52,949 bases of DNA from the NCBI GenBank assembly GCA_049305715.1, contig JBAQPK010000604.1, positions 1 to 52,949 of the forward strand, written 5' to 3'. Under the pieces are notes generated by a model. It saw nothing but the letters and a program-made list of their open reading frames with translations, made no database searches and was not told where the DNA came from. Origin of the DNA: Desulfuromonadaceae bacterium (GTDB taxonomy: Bacteria; Desulfobacterota; Desulfuromonadia; Geobacterales; Pseudopelobacteraceae). This document shows positions 32,383 to 39,873 of the stretch, one piece after another (within the stretch, counting starts at the first letter, position 1; the number at the start of each line of letters is the position of its first letter). The position numbers were made by a program, and so were the translations under genes.

Positions 32383-32494
32383 GAGCCGCGAACTCTGAAC
32401 AAATCCAGAATTATCTTCCCCCGGCTGGCCGTTTGGCCTTCAAAACTTCGCGGCTCTGATTCCAAGCGGCTGGCCGGGGGATTCCCTTTTTATA
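32383..32494 (+). ncRNA. Structured RNA element, copy 2 (leader-to-loop helix plus large terminator hairpin), upstream of the recombination genes
   Basis: Helix A: GAGCCGCGAA (32383..32392) with TTCGCGGCTC (32447..32456), 10 perfect bp. Helix B: 32417..32431 with 32467..32481 (15 bp including two G-U pairs), followed by TTCCCTTTTTAT. Confidence 0.5.
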
Positions 32495-32510
32495 CCAGGA
32501 GAGAAACACG

Positions 32511-32687
32511 ATGGAAACCAATGAAGAAATAGCGGAAGCGAACAGAGTATTCGCAGTAACCACCTTTTGCCCGCTCACTAAAGATAAGTGCAGGGTGGAT
32601 TGCATTTGTTTCGGGACACGGCAAATGAACAGCACGGGGACAATGTATGGCCCATACTGCGGGAACCATATGTTTTCCGGCGAATAA
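32511..32687 (+). CDS. Small Cys-rich ORF (58 aa, METNEEIAEANRVFAVTTFCPLTKDKCRVDCICFG...)
   Basis: AGGAGA RBS. Below the track cutoff. Directly upstream of recT. Confidence 0.5.
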   Translation: METNEEIAEANRVFAVTTFCPLTKDKCRVDCICFGTRQMNSTGTMYGPYCGNHMFSGE

Positions 32688-32709
32688 TTTAACCTGGAGG
32701 TAATTAACA

Positions 32710-33612
32710 ATGACTGAGGACAAGACCGAACCAGAAACCAAAGCCCTTGCGCCGTGGGTCGAGACGATCAGGAAGACTGAGGACAAGTTCCACGAAATCA
32801 CCAAGGCCAGCGGCACAGAAGTAGCTTTTGCCGTTGAATCAATGTTCGCTTTCCAGGCGGTGAGCCGCAACGATTACACCAAGGGGATTGCCGAGAAGAA
32901 CCTGCCCTCGCTTCGTGATGCCATTATAAACATTGCCAGTATCGGCCTTTCGCTTAACCCGGCCATGCAATATGCCTACCTTGTCCCGCGAGACGGGGCT
33001 ATCTGCCTGGATATATCCTACAAGGGCCTTATCAAGCTGGCAACTGATACCGGGTCAATGCTGTGGGTCAGAGCCGACCTTGTTTATGAGCGCGACCAGT
33101 TCACATATCGCGGCCCGGCTACCGCCCCGACCCATGAGGCAGATGTGTTCGGCGACCGTGGCGCCTTTGTCGGGGTTTACTGTATCGCCAAGACTATCGA
33201 GGGCGATATTCTGGTGGAGGTCATGACCGCCAAGGAGATTGAACAGGTCAGGGACACCTCCCAGGCGTGGGCGAAAAAGAAGGCTGGCCCGTGGCGTGAC
33301 TGGTTCGGCGAAATGACCAAGAAGACCATCATCAAGAGGGCGTCGAAGACCTGGCCGCGAAGCGACAAGAACGACCGGCTGGCGCAAGCGGTGGAGGTCA
33401 TTAACCAGCATGAGGGCTTCGCGCCGGATGTGGTTGACGCGGTGCAAATGTTGACCGATGAGCAGGAGAACGAGATTCACGCTTTCATCGAAGACAACAA
33501 CCTTGACCGGCAGCGGTTTTTCAAGACCTTCCACATTGACAGCATCGGCCAGCTTTCGCCCAAGGACTTCCCCCGCGCTATGGTTGCCTTGAAGGCTATG
33601 GTGGGGCGATGA
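32710..33612 (+). CDS. recT: RecT-family single-strand annealing protein (300 aa)
   Basis: Segment IINIASIGLSLNPAMQYAYLVPRDG...ISYKGLIKLA is typical of RecT. Followed by a YqaJ-type exonuclease. Confidence 0.85.
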   Translation: MTEDKTEPETKALAPWVETIRKTEDKFHEITKASGTEVAFAVESMFAFQAVSRNDYTKGIAEKNLPSLRDAIINIASIGLSLNPAMQYAYLVPRDGAICLDISYKGLIKLATDTGSMLWVRADLVYERDQFTYRGPATAPTHEADVFGDRGAFVGVYCIAKTIEGDILVEVMTAKEIEQVRDTSQAWAKKKAGPWRDWFGEMTKKTIIKRASKTWPRSDKNDRLAQAVEVINQHEGFAPDVVDAVQMLTDEQENEIHAFIEDNNLDRQRFFKTFHIDSIGQLSPKDFPRAMVALKAMVGR

Positions 33613-34208
33613 TAACGCTTAATATTCCCCAAGGCACTCCCGAGTGGAAGGCCGAGAAGTGCGGCAAGCCGTCATCAAGCCACTTTGATGAGATTATCAC
33701 ATCTAAGGGGGCACGATCAAAGCAATGGGAAAAGTACCTTTATAAGCTGGCAGGAGAAAGAATCACTGGCGTCCAGGCAGACAACTTTTCGAGCGGCCCG
33801 ATGGCCGGTGGCGTTGAAAAAGAACCAGAGGCCCGGGAATTATGGCAACTCCTGAATAACATCGAAGTAGATCAGGTCGGAGTATGCTACCGGGATGAAT
33901 CACGGGATTTTCTATGTTCCCCAGACGGGCTAATAGGCTCAGATGGAGGGCTGGAAATCAAGTGCCCATTGATCCATACCCACGTAGAGTATCTCCTTGA
34001 CGCCAAATTGCCGACAGCTTATTTCCAGCAGGTTCAGGGCAGCCTCTTCGTCACTGGCCGGGAATATTGGGAGTTTATGAGCTACTACCCAGGAATGAGG
34101 CCGCTCATCCTCACGGTCAAGCCTGATCCGGTATTCCATGCGGCCCTTGGTGCGGCTCTGGTTGAATTTTGCGCCCAGCTTGACAAGGTAACTGAGGCAA
34201 TCAGATGA
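33609..34208 (+). CDS. YqaJ-like (lambda Exo type) recombination exonuclease (199 aa)
   Basis: GTPEWKAEKCGK N-terminus and the GLEIKCP core of the PD-(D/E)xK YqaJ family. 4-nt overlap with recT. Confidence 0.85.
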   Translation: MITLNIPQGTPEWKAEKCGKPSSSHFDEIITSKGARSKQWEKYLYKLAGERITGVQADNFSSGPMAGGVEKEPEARELWQLLNNIEVDQVGVCYRDESRDFLCSPDGLIGSDGGLEIKCPLIHTHVEYLLDAKLPTAYFQQVQGSLFVTGREYWEFMSYYPGMRPLILTVKPDPVFHAALGAALVEFCAQLDKVTEAIR

Positions 34209-34417
34209 AACGAAGATCAGACCAGTGCCTATTCTGCCACCGACGCGCCTGCTACGAGCGTGTGGTTTCTTCCCGAGACAACGGGGCCGCCTATGATGAG
34301 GTAGCCTGCGATGCCCACCGCGCCGAACTTTACGCCCACTCGGATAAGCTGGTAGGCGTGAAGAAGCATTTTATCAGCAGCACCGGGAAGCAGAAGCGCG
34401 GGGAGCCGGTTGAATGA
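34205..34417 (+). CDS. Hypothetical Cys/His-rich protein (70 aa)
   Basis: Track ORF with a CLFCHRRAC motif. Confidence 0.55.
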   Translation: MKRRSDQCLFCHRRACYERVVSSRDNGAAYDEVACDAHRAELYAHSDKLVGVKKHFISSTGKQKRGEPVE

Positions 34418-34566
34418 AGCGCACCGTTAACTCTGCGGAATCATTGTCGATCGTTATTGGCGACCTTCGTGAACTGTTCAAGACCGAGAAGTATATCCAG
34501 GTCAGCGTCACCACCGGGAAATCTCGTTCATTGAACCAGAACGCCATTGCAGGAGAACTAGCATGA
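34414..34566 (+). CDS. NinB-like N-terminal fragment (50 aa)
   Basis: ...IQVSVTTGKSRSLNQNAIA matches the NinB core (V-x-V-T...RSLDQN) and then stops. ATGA overlaps on both sides. Confidence 0.4.
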   Translation: MKRTVNSAESLSIVIGDLRELFKTEKYIQVSVTTGKSRSLNQNAIAGELA

Positions 34567-35012
34567 AACCGCCTGAGATTGTGGCGACCATAACTGATGA
34601 CCTTACTCTATCCTTTGATATCCCGCGTATGTTGCAAGCTGTCTTGGCCGGGATCGGCAAGGGTGAAAAGGTCAGGGTGGATATTCGCAAGTGGTACAAA
34701 AAGCGCACCCTTGACCAGAACGCTACCATCTGGGGGCCTGATTACGCCCTGATTATACCATACGTTTTGCAGACTACCGGCCAGAGTTTTGACCCTGAAG
34801 AGTTGCACGACTTCCACAAGCGAAAGTTTCTCGGATTCGATGAAGCAAAGGGCTTTCCGGGGCTGTACCGAGTGAAGTCAACCAAGGGGCTTGATACCGT
34901 GGGCTTTGCAACATTCCGGGAATACTACTGCCGGTTCTGGGCAGAAAACGGCCTTTACATCCCCGACCCCGACCCAGCTAAAAAGAAGGTTGGTAAAACC
35001 AAATCTTCATAG
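34563..35012 (+). CDS. NinB-like recombination protein candidate (149 aa)
   Basis: EKVRVDIRKWYKKRTLDQNATIWG repeats the RSLDQN-type motif, here in a full-length protein. Confidence 0.5.
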   Translation: MKPPEIVATITDDLTLSFDIPRMLQAVLAGIGKGEKVRVDIRKWYKKRTLDQNATIWGPDYALIIPYVLQTTGQSFDPEELHDFHKRKFLGFDEAKGFPGLYRVKSTKGLDTVGFATFREYYCRFWAENGLYIPDPDPAKKKVGKTKSS

Positions 35013-35115
35013 TATATTTCACAAGCGGATAGGGTAGCTCCCGACAAGGCGTGATTCATCACCATGCTTTCCGCTTCCTCCCTGTGATGATAGACTTTGA
35101 TGGAGGTCTGCCTAA

Positions 35116-35652
35116 ATGCTTACCCAAGAAAAAGTAAAAGCTCTGTTTGACTATCTTCCGACCGGCGAGTTGATATGGAAAGTCCGTCTATCTAATAGAA
35201 TAAATATCGGCGATACAGCAGGTCATACGCGTCGGGGAGGGTATTTAATTACAGGGATAGGTGGCAAGATTTATTACAACCATCGACTTGTGTGGCTATG
35301 GCATCATGGGTATTTACCTGAAAACTACATAGATCATATTGACAGAAACACATCGAACGCGAGGATTGAAAATTTAAGGGAAGTGTCTATGTCGTGTAAC
35401 TTACGGAACGCCAAGCAACCGATAAACAACACTTCTGGGGTTAAAGGCGTGTCGTTCAACAATAAAAACAAAACATGGCTAGCGCATATCCATTGCGAGG
35501 GAAAGTTGTTGAACATCGGGACGCATAAAGACTTCGGTGAAGCTGTTTGCCACCGCCTTGCGGTAGAGCAGGCTTTAGATTGGGGAGGGTGCGACTCTTT
35601 AAGCCCTGCCGCCTTATATGTGAAAACCAACATAACCCGGTCACTTCGCTGA
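35116..35652 (+). CDS. HNH homing endonuclease with AP2 DNA-binding domain (178 aa)
   Basis: HRLVWLWHHGYLPENYIDHIDRNTSNARIENLR (HNH_3 type) followed by SGVKGVSFNNKNKTWLAHI (AP2-like). Locally AT-richer. Confidence 0.85.
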   Translation: MLTQEKVKALFDYLPTGELIWKVRLSNRINIGDTAGHTRRGGYLITGIGGKIYYNHRLVWLWHHGYLPENYIDHIDRNTSNARIENLREVSMSCNLRNAKQPINNTSGVKGVSFNNKNKTWLAHIHCEGKLLNIGTHKDFGEAVCHRLAVEQALDWGGCDSLSPAALYVKTNITRSLR

Positions 35653-35882
35653 TGAAGGTCAAGCAGTTGAGCGAGTACCTGGATCATGTGCAAGCGCATT
35701 ACAAGACACTTTCCAGATTGGCTGCTCTGCCGGCTGTGTTTGTGAGGTTGAAGAGGACACCGAGGTCTGGGCGGTGCGGATGTGGAACAGAAGGGCAGTG
35801 TAACGCCAAACTCAGCGGAGCCGCCGCTGAAATAACAATAAATTGCCCGACATTCTCGGCTTCCGCTGAAACGTATTGTTAA
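35652..35882 (+). CDS. Hypothetical protein (76 aa)
   Basis: Internal ATG of track ORF 35547..35882, overlapping the HNH stop (TGATG). Confidence 0.4.
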   Translation: MKVKQLSEYLDHVQAHYKTLSRLAALPAVFVRLKRTPRSGRCGCGTEGQCNAKLSGAAAEITINCPTFSASAETYC

Positions 35883-35903
35883 ACCTTTTAAAGGAGCAAT
35901 TTA

Positions 35904-36299
35904 ATGGAAAAGCATTTCGTAGTGTTCTCCAGCCCCGGCAGCTTCATGGCTGAACAGACTCAGAAGGAAATAGCGGCCTGGGATATTGAAACGGCAAAGA
36001 AGATGGCGAGGGGCATTAAAGAAAGGCACGGGGCGTTGCCCTACGGCTTTCAGTTTGTGACCAGGGAGCGAGGGGAGGAAGACTTTGACAGCAAGGAAAC
36101 CAAGAGAAGCCACATGTACTACCTCGGCGGGCGGATTTGGACTCTGGGCGAGCTGAAGGCCCGGAACGACCCAAAAGACAGCATCCTGATTTCCAATATG
36201 GAATGCAACCACTGGCCCAGGGTGATAGAAAACAACAACTCTTGGAAATGGACGCAGCCACTCCAGGACTTGGATGTTGTCTTAGATTTTGAGGTTTAA
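35904..36299 (+). CDS. Hypothetical protein (131 aa)
   Basis: Track ORF with AGGAG RBS. Confidence 0.6.
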   Translation: MEKHFVVFSSPGSFMAEQTQKEIAAWDIETAKKMARGIKERHGALPYGFQFVTRERGEEDFDSKETKRSHMYYLGGRIWTLGELKARNDPKDSILISNMECNHWPRVIENNNSWKWTQPLQDLDVVLDFEV

Positions 36300-36337
36300 C
36301 AGTAGTATTAGGCCGACAACGGAATAATCAGGATATT

Positions 36338-36616
36338 ATGCGACACTGGCGATTTACCAGGGAACAGGCGCAATCTGGAGCCGCAAAGCGTCTCAGCAAA
36401 ATCCTCGCCGCTGAACCGCCAGAATATCCACAAGGGAGGGTGCCCGGTGAAATAATCCAACGCCAGAACGGGCAGGAGCTAATTGTCGCATTGTTTCCGT
36501 GGGGCCGCTGCACTCAGTACCGGGCGGTGTTCCCTGACGGGGAGGGAATAAAGGGCGGCATGGGACAGATCCATGCGGAAATCAGGCGGAGAATACCGCC
36601 GTTGTGGGGGTGGTGA
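36338..36616 (+). CDS. Hypothetical protein (92 aa)
   Basis: Track ORF; last gene of the plus-strand operon, convergent with 36582..37196. Confidence 0.5.
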   Translation: MRHWRFTREQAQSGAAKRLSKILAAEPPEYPQGRVPGEIIQRQNGQELIVALFPWGRCTQYRAVFPDGEGIKGGMGQIHAEIRRRIPPLWGW

Positions 36617-37196
36617 TCCTCCGCATGGTCTGGCCAAAGTTTGCCGCGTCGAACCATGTCGAATGCCCGAAGTCTGGCTCTATGACAACCTGGATATTCC
36701 CTGACGGCTCAATCGGGCCACCCTGCCCGAGCGTGCCATAGCCCAGAGCCCGCCCAAGGAAGGTATCAGCGGCCTCAAGGGCGGCATCCTGGCCAGCGAT
36801 ATAGACCACGATCCGCTCAAACGACACCCACCCGACATTAAGCCCGTTCTCGTTCCAGTTGGCTTTGCAGGCTGGAGCGATCATGTGCAACTCTTTTATC
36901 CTCGGCCAGCCCATTAAGGCCAGGGCGTCAAGAGCCACATCGGCACCGTTTGAGTGCGTCCCAATGGAAACCGTGAACCCCTTGGCGAGATACCGCTGGA
37001 TGGTTTTGACGGTCTTCTCGGCCCGTTCCTGCTCACCCATCGGCCGCAACAGTGGATTGACGTAATATTCAATCTTCTCGGCGAAAGTTTCCAGCTCGGT
37101 GTGGCAATGGGTAACCGCCTTGCCAGTCCAGTTCTTCGCCTCTCCTGGATGGTTCCCAACACCGCAGATAAAGATGAAGACGTGTTTCTCAGCCAT
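36582..37196 (-). CDS. Alpha/beta-hydrolase-like serine esterase candidate (204 aa)
   Basis: Nucleophile-elbow-like GTHSNG and a later His (DFGHSTW). ATG 37196 (MAEKHVFIFICGVGNHPG...) within track ORF 36582..37244. Confidence 0.55.
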   Translation of the reverse strand: MAEKHVFIFICGVGNHPGEAKNWTGKAVTHCHTELETFAEKIEYYVNPLLRPMGEQERAEKTVKTIQRYLAKGFTVSIGTHSNGADVALDALALMGWPRIKELHMIAPACKANWNENGLNVGWVSFERIVVYIAGQDAALEAADTFLGRALGYGTLGQGGPIEPSGNIQVVIEPDFGHSTWFDAANFGQTMRRITTPTTAVFSA

Positions 37197-37356
37197 TGCC
37201 CACCCCATCGTTATTCTGGCTGGTCGGGATATGCAGCAGCGCAAAGGCTCCGGTCAGGCCGGCCGACACTACATTCCATTCCCCCTTGTATGCGGCCACA
37301 ACGACAGTTATCGTTATCCCAGCCGCGATGATTACTTGCACGGTGTGTTTGCTCAT
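37189..37356 (-). CDS. Holin-like small membrane protein (55 aa, two TM segments)
   Basis: MSKHTVQVIIAAGITITVVVAAYKGEWNVVSAGLTGAFALLHIPTSQNNDGVGNG. ATG is 1 nt after the HNH stop, and the ORF overlaps the esterase start. Below the track cutoff. Confidence 0.5.
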   Translation of the reverse strand: MSKHTVQVIIAAGITITVVVAAYKGEWNVVSAGLTGAFALLHIPTSQNNDGVGNG

Positions 37357-37357
37357 C

Positions 37358-38146
37358 TCAGATTATTCCCGGCATATAGACGGTAGCCCCGCCCCGTTTA
37401 ACTGCCGTTAATAGCTGTTTCCTGGTGCCGCCAATGCCGAGAGGTAGTATATTTGACTTCTTTCTATTCTCGATGGGGTAAAGCGGCTGGAGATTGCTTA
37501 ATGCGTTTACTTCTCGCGGATCGAATATCCCCGCCTTTGTAAAAGCATCTACCGGGATTATATGGTCAATGTGGAAAGACTCTCTATCCGACCATGACAT
37601 CCCATCTCGGAATTGAGATTCGATGTGAGAAACAAATTCATCTCTGGTGTAACCTAAAGCAGCCTCGGTTTTTATGCATTTTCTCTTCCCAGAAGCGGAG
37701 ATTAACCTTCTATACAGGTTTTTATACCGTGTTCGCTGTCTAGCCCTTACAGACACCTCTTCAGCGGTCAATATAACCTTTTCCGGTTTAATTATTTTTG
37801 GCCGCAAGGCTCTCTTAACCTCCCAAGCATCCCGCATATGCTGACGCTGTTCTTCTGTAAAAACTCTTCCAGCCGTTGTCTTGTAATTGGAACGGTCAAT
37901 TGCTCTCATTTTTGCGCGGGTCTCGTCGCTACACCTTGTCCCTTTTCTCTTTGAAGGGCGGCCAGAGACTTTCGTTGATATGCTTCGCCCCTTATCCATA
38001 ACTATGCCATTTGCCAATAATACTTTCCGTATGGTGTTTTTTGCGACACCATACCGGGCAGAGATATCACAACAACTACTACCGGCCAAATAACACGCCT
38101 TCATAGTTTCGACCTGCCCCTGTTCAAAAAGTATCCGCGCCGGCAT
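37358..38146 (-). CDS. HNH homing endonuclease with N-terminal HTH and NUMOD3-like repeats (262 aa)
   Basis: C-terminal HIDHIIPVDAF...NLQPLYPIENRKK (HNH), plus GRPSKRKGTRCSDETRAKM and GRVFTEEQRQHM (NUMOD3-like). AT-richer than its flanks. Confidence 0.8.
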   Translation of the reverse strand: MPARILFEQGQVETMKACYLAGSSCCDISARYGVAKNTIRKVLLANGIVMDKGRSISTKVSGRPSKRKGTRCSDETRAKMRAIDRSNYKTTAGRVFTEEQRQHMRDAWEVKRALRPKIIKPEKVILTAEEVSVRARQRTRYKNLYRRLISASGKRKCIKTEAALGYTRDEFVSHIESQFRDGMSWSDRESFHIDHIIPVDAFTKAGIFDPREVNALSNLQPLYPIENRKKSNILPLGIGGTRKQLLTAVKRGGATVYMPGII

Positions 38147-38593
38147 TTATAACCCCTTGGTATATGTCGTTTTACCGTTTATTTTACGTGCCGTTAATAT
38201 CATACCACGTGGATCGCCGGTGGTTAATCCCAAATGAATCCAACCGCCACTTTCTGGGAATTCGTTTATCACTTGGTCGAAATCTCCGAGCAGTTCAGGG
38301 ATTTTCCGGCACACGTCAATATTACTCTCCCCGGTTACTGTAAAATCAGCGGCAAGGGCGTGACAGTGCGAACTTGTCTTGCTCCCGCCTACCGCCTTGT
38401 TTAGCTCCGGGGATCGGTAGCAACTTGTCACCACCATGGGCTTCCCATAATGCGCCCTGATCTTCTCCAGTGCTTCGGCCATCATTTTGGCGTTGCCGAG
38501 TAGCGGTCCGGGAATGGCGTTATTTATCCCGCGCCGGGTGGCCGTCGAGGATTTTATAAATTCTTCCGTTGTGAAATGCTCGGTCAGTATCAT
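38147..38593 (-). CDS. Peptidase M15-family endolysin (148 aa)
   Basis: TSCYRSPELNKAVGGSKTSSHCHALAADF ... GGWIHLG carries the zinc-ligand His/Asp pattern of M15 D,D/L,D-peptidases. Confidence 0.85.
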   Translation of the reverse strand: MILTEHFTTEEFIKSSTATRRGINNAIPGPLLGNAKMMAEALEKIRAHYGKPMVVTSCYRSPELNKAVGGSKTSSHCHALAADFTVTGESNIDVCRKIPELLGDFDQVINEFPESGGWIHLGLTTGDPRGMILTARKINGKTTYTKGL

Positions 38594-38664
38594 CCTCTCC
38601 CCGCCATAAAGTTAATTGTCCAAATCAGCAGCGCCAGGAACAGCAACAGAAAGATAAAGTTCAT
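38590..38664 (-). CDS. 24-aa hydrophobic peptide ORF (MNFIFLLLFLALLIWTINFMAGRG) coupled to the endolysin
   Basis: GGAG lies 5 nt upstream of the ATG. Its stop overlaps the endolysin ATG (ATGA). Confidence 0.35.
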   Translation of the reverse strand: MNFIFLLLFLALLIWTINFMAGRG

Positions 38665-38728
38665 GTCTGCTCCAAGTCCGACCACACGGCCCGCGCCTGG
38701 GAGGGCAAGCAACGGGCCGGGGCCGGGG

Positions 38729-38914
38729 TTAAACCTCTTTCACCACCAGGTATTGCGAACCGTGAACGTAATCGGTAAGCATGGCGGTGGGGTAATCCAG
38801 CGTCTGCTCATTGGTCATGGTGTCCGGGTTGCCATTCGCCCCAACCTGCCACGTCTGGACAATTACCTTGTGGTCGCTGGTGTCGGCGTTTTAAATTCTG
38901 ATACTCTTGGTCAT
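38729..38914 (-). CDS. Small protein gene interrupted by an in-frame TAA at codon 8 (recoding candidate)
   Basis: GGAGA RBS, then ATG 38914 and ACC AAG AGT ATC AGA ATT, then TAA (38893..38891), then 53 open in-frame codons with high third-position GC (NADTSDHKVIVQTWQVGANGNPDTMTNEQTLDYPTAMLTDYVHGSQYLVVKEV) ending at TAA 38731..38729. Confidence 0.45.
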
Positions 38915-38927
38915 GGTCTTCTCCTTT

Positions 38928-39308
38928 TTACTTGTTTGAGATTCTTGGGAACATCTCGAATAATCTCGAACTCACAAAGTCCACCATGTAAGCGACAACT
39001 TCAGTGTTTTCATGCCCGGTTTGCATCCCTTTGTTTTCCATGATACAATGAACTACATGGACGGCCTCATGTACTAAAACCCGGCGTGAAGGCTTTGGGA
39101 ATATCATAACAAAATACGCTGAACCATCCAACATTATTCGTGAAACAGAACCGTTGCACTCATCCCAATCGCTGCAAAGTTCAGCAACATCTTTCCCGGC
39201 CGCTTCAATAAACGAGATGAATTGCTTGCGGGTTTTGATTACCATTATTTCAAGGCCATTGAGCCAATCAACCGTGATTATCCCCGCCCCCTCCGGCTTG
39301 ATAATCAT
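38928..39308 (-). CDS. Small HExxH protein, putative zinc metallopeptidase (126 aa)
   Basis: VLVHEAVHVVH motif; AT-richer gene. Confidence 0.55.
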   Translation of the reverse strand: MIIKPEGAGIITVDWLNGLEIMVIKTRKQFISFIEAAGKDVAELCSDWDECNGSVSRIMLDGSAYFVMIFPKPSRRVLVHEAVHVVHCIMENKGMQTGHENTEVVAYMVDFVSSRLFEMFPRISNK

Positions 39309-39448
39309 ACTTGCTCCAAAGTAACCGCCCCCACCGCCCCAGAAGAGGGTGGCCTATGCGGACAGGCCCTGCAACCATCAAGCTTGGTGGCGTATTGAGC
39401 GCACGTTTCCGGGGATGGTGCCGGGTGGTAGTTGTGGGGGCATTTCAT
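39305..39448 (-). CDS. Small Cys-rich ORF (47 aa, MKCPHNYHPAPSPETCAQYATKLDGCRACPH...)
   Basis: ATGA overlaps at both ends. Below the track cutoff. Confidence 0.45.
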   Translation of the reverse strand: MKCPHNYHPAPSPETCAQYATKLDGCRACPHRPPSSGAVGAVTLEQV

Positions 39449-39810
39449 CTTGTACCTCGATACGCCGCCCGTAACTTCCTGTCTCGTGCATTAGCCGCCT
39501 CTCTGGGGCAACATGTCTCAACTGCATCCCAGAGGGCATCGTGTTCGCGCATGATCCCTTCGTTGCAGGTCTTGCACTTTGCATTGAGGCCAGACCGCAA
39601 ATCCCCCCACGCTGCCACCCCTAGCCCAAGCACCAAGGCCATCAGCCCGCCGACCATCCAGCGCAGCATGGAAATCATCTGCATCAGCATAGGCCAGTCG
39701 GTGGCGTTCGAGAGGGTATAAACTTCGGCATGGGCATGAGTAGTGACTACAGACATCGCGATTATGGCAACTCCCAATAATGCAGTGATCAGCCCATAAT
39801 CTCTCGCCAT
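39445..39810 (-). CDS. Membrane/secreted protein (121 aa; holin or spanin candidate)
   Basis: ATG 39810 (MARDYGLITALLGVAIIAMSVVTTHAHA...) follows AAGGAAG. There is a second hydrophobic segment WMVGGLMALVLGLGVAAW. Track start is 39840. Confidence 0.55.
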   Translation of the reverse strand: MARDYGLITALLGVAIIAMSVVTTHAHAEVYTLSNATDWPMLMQMISMLRWMVGGLMALVLGLGVAAWGDLRSGLNAKCKTCNEGIMREHDALWDAVETCCPREAANARDRKLRAAYRGTR

Positions 39811-39873
39811 GATATACTTTCTTCCTTTACAGATTGCCACCCTTCCCCCCTTCTTAGTTATGGGCCGCGCCCG

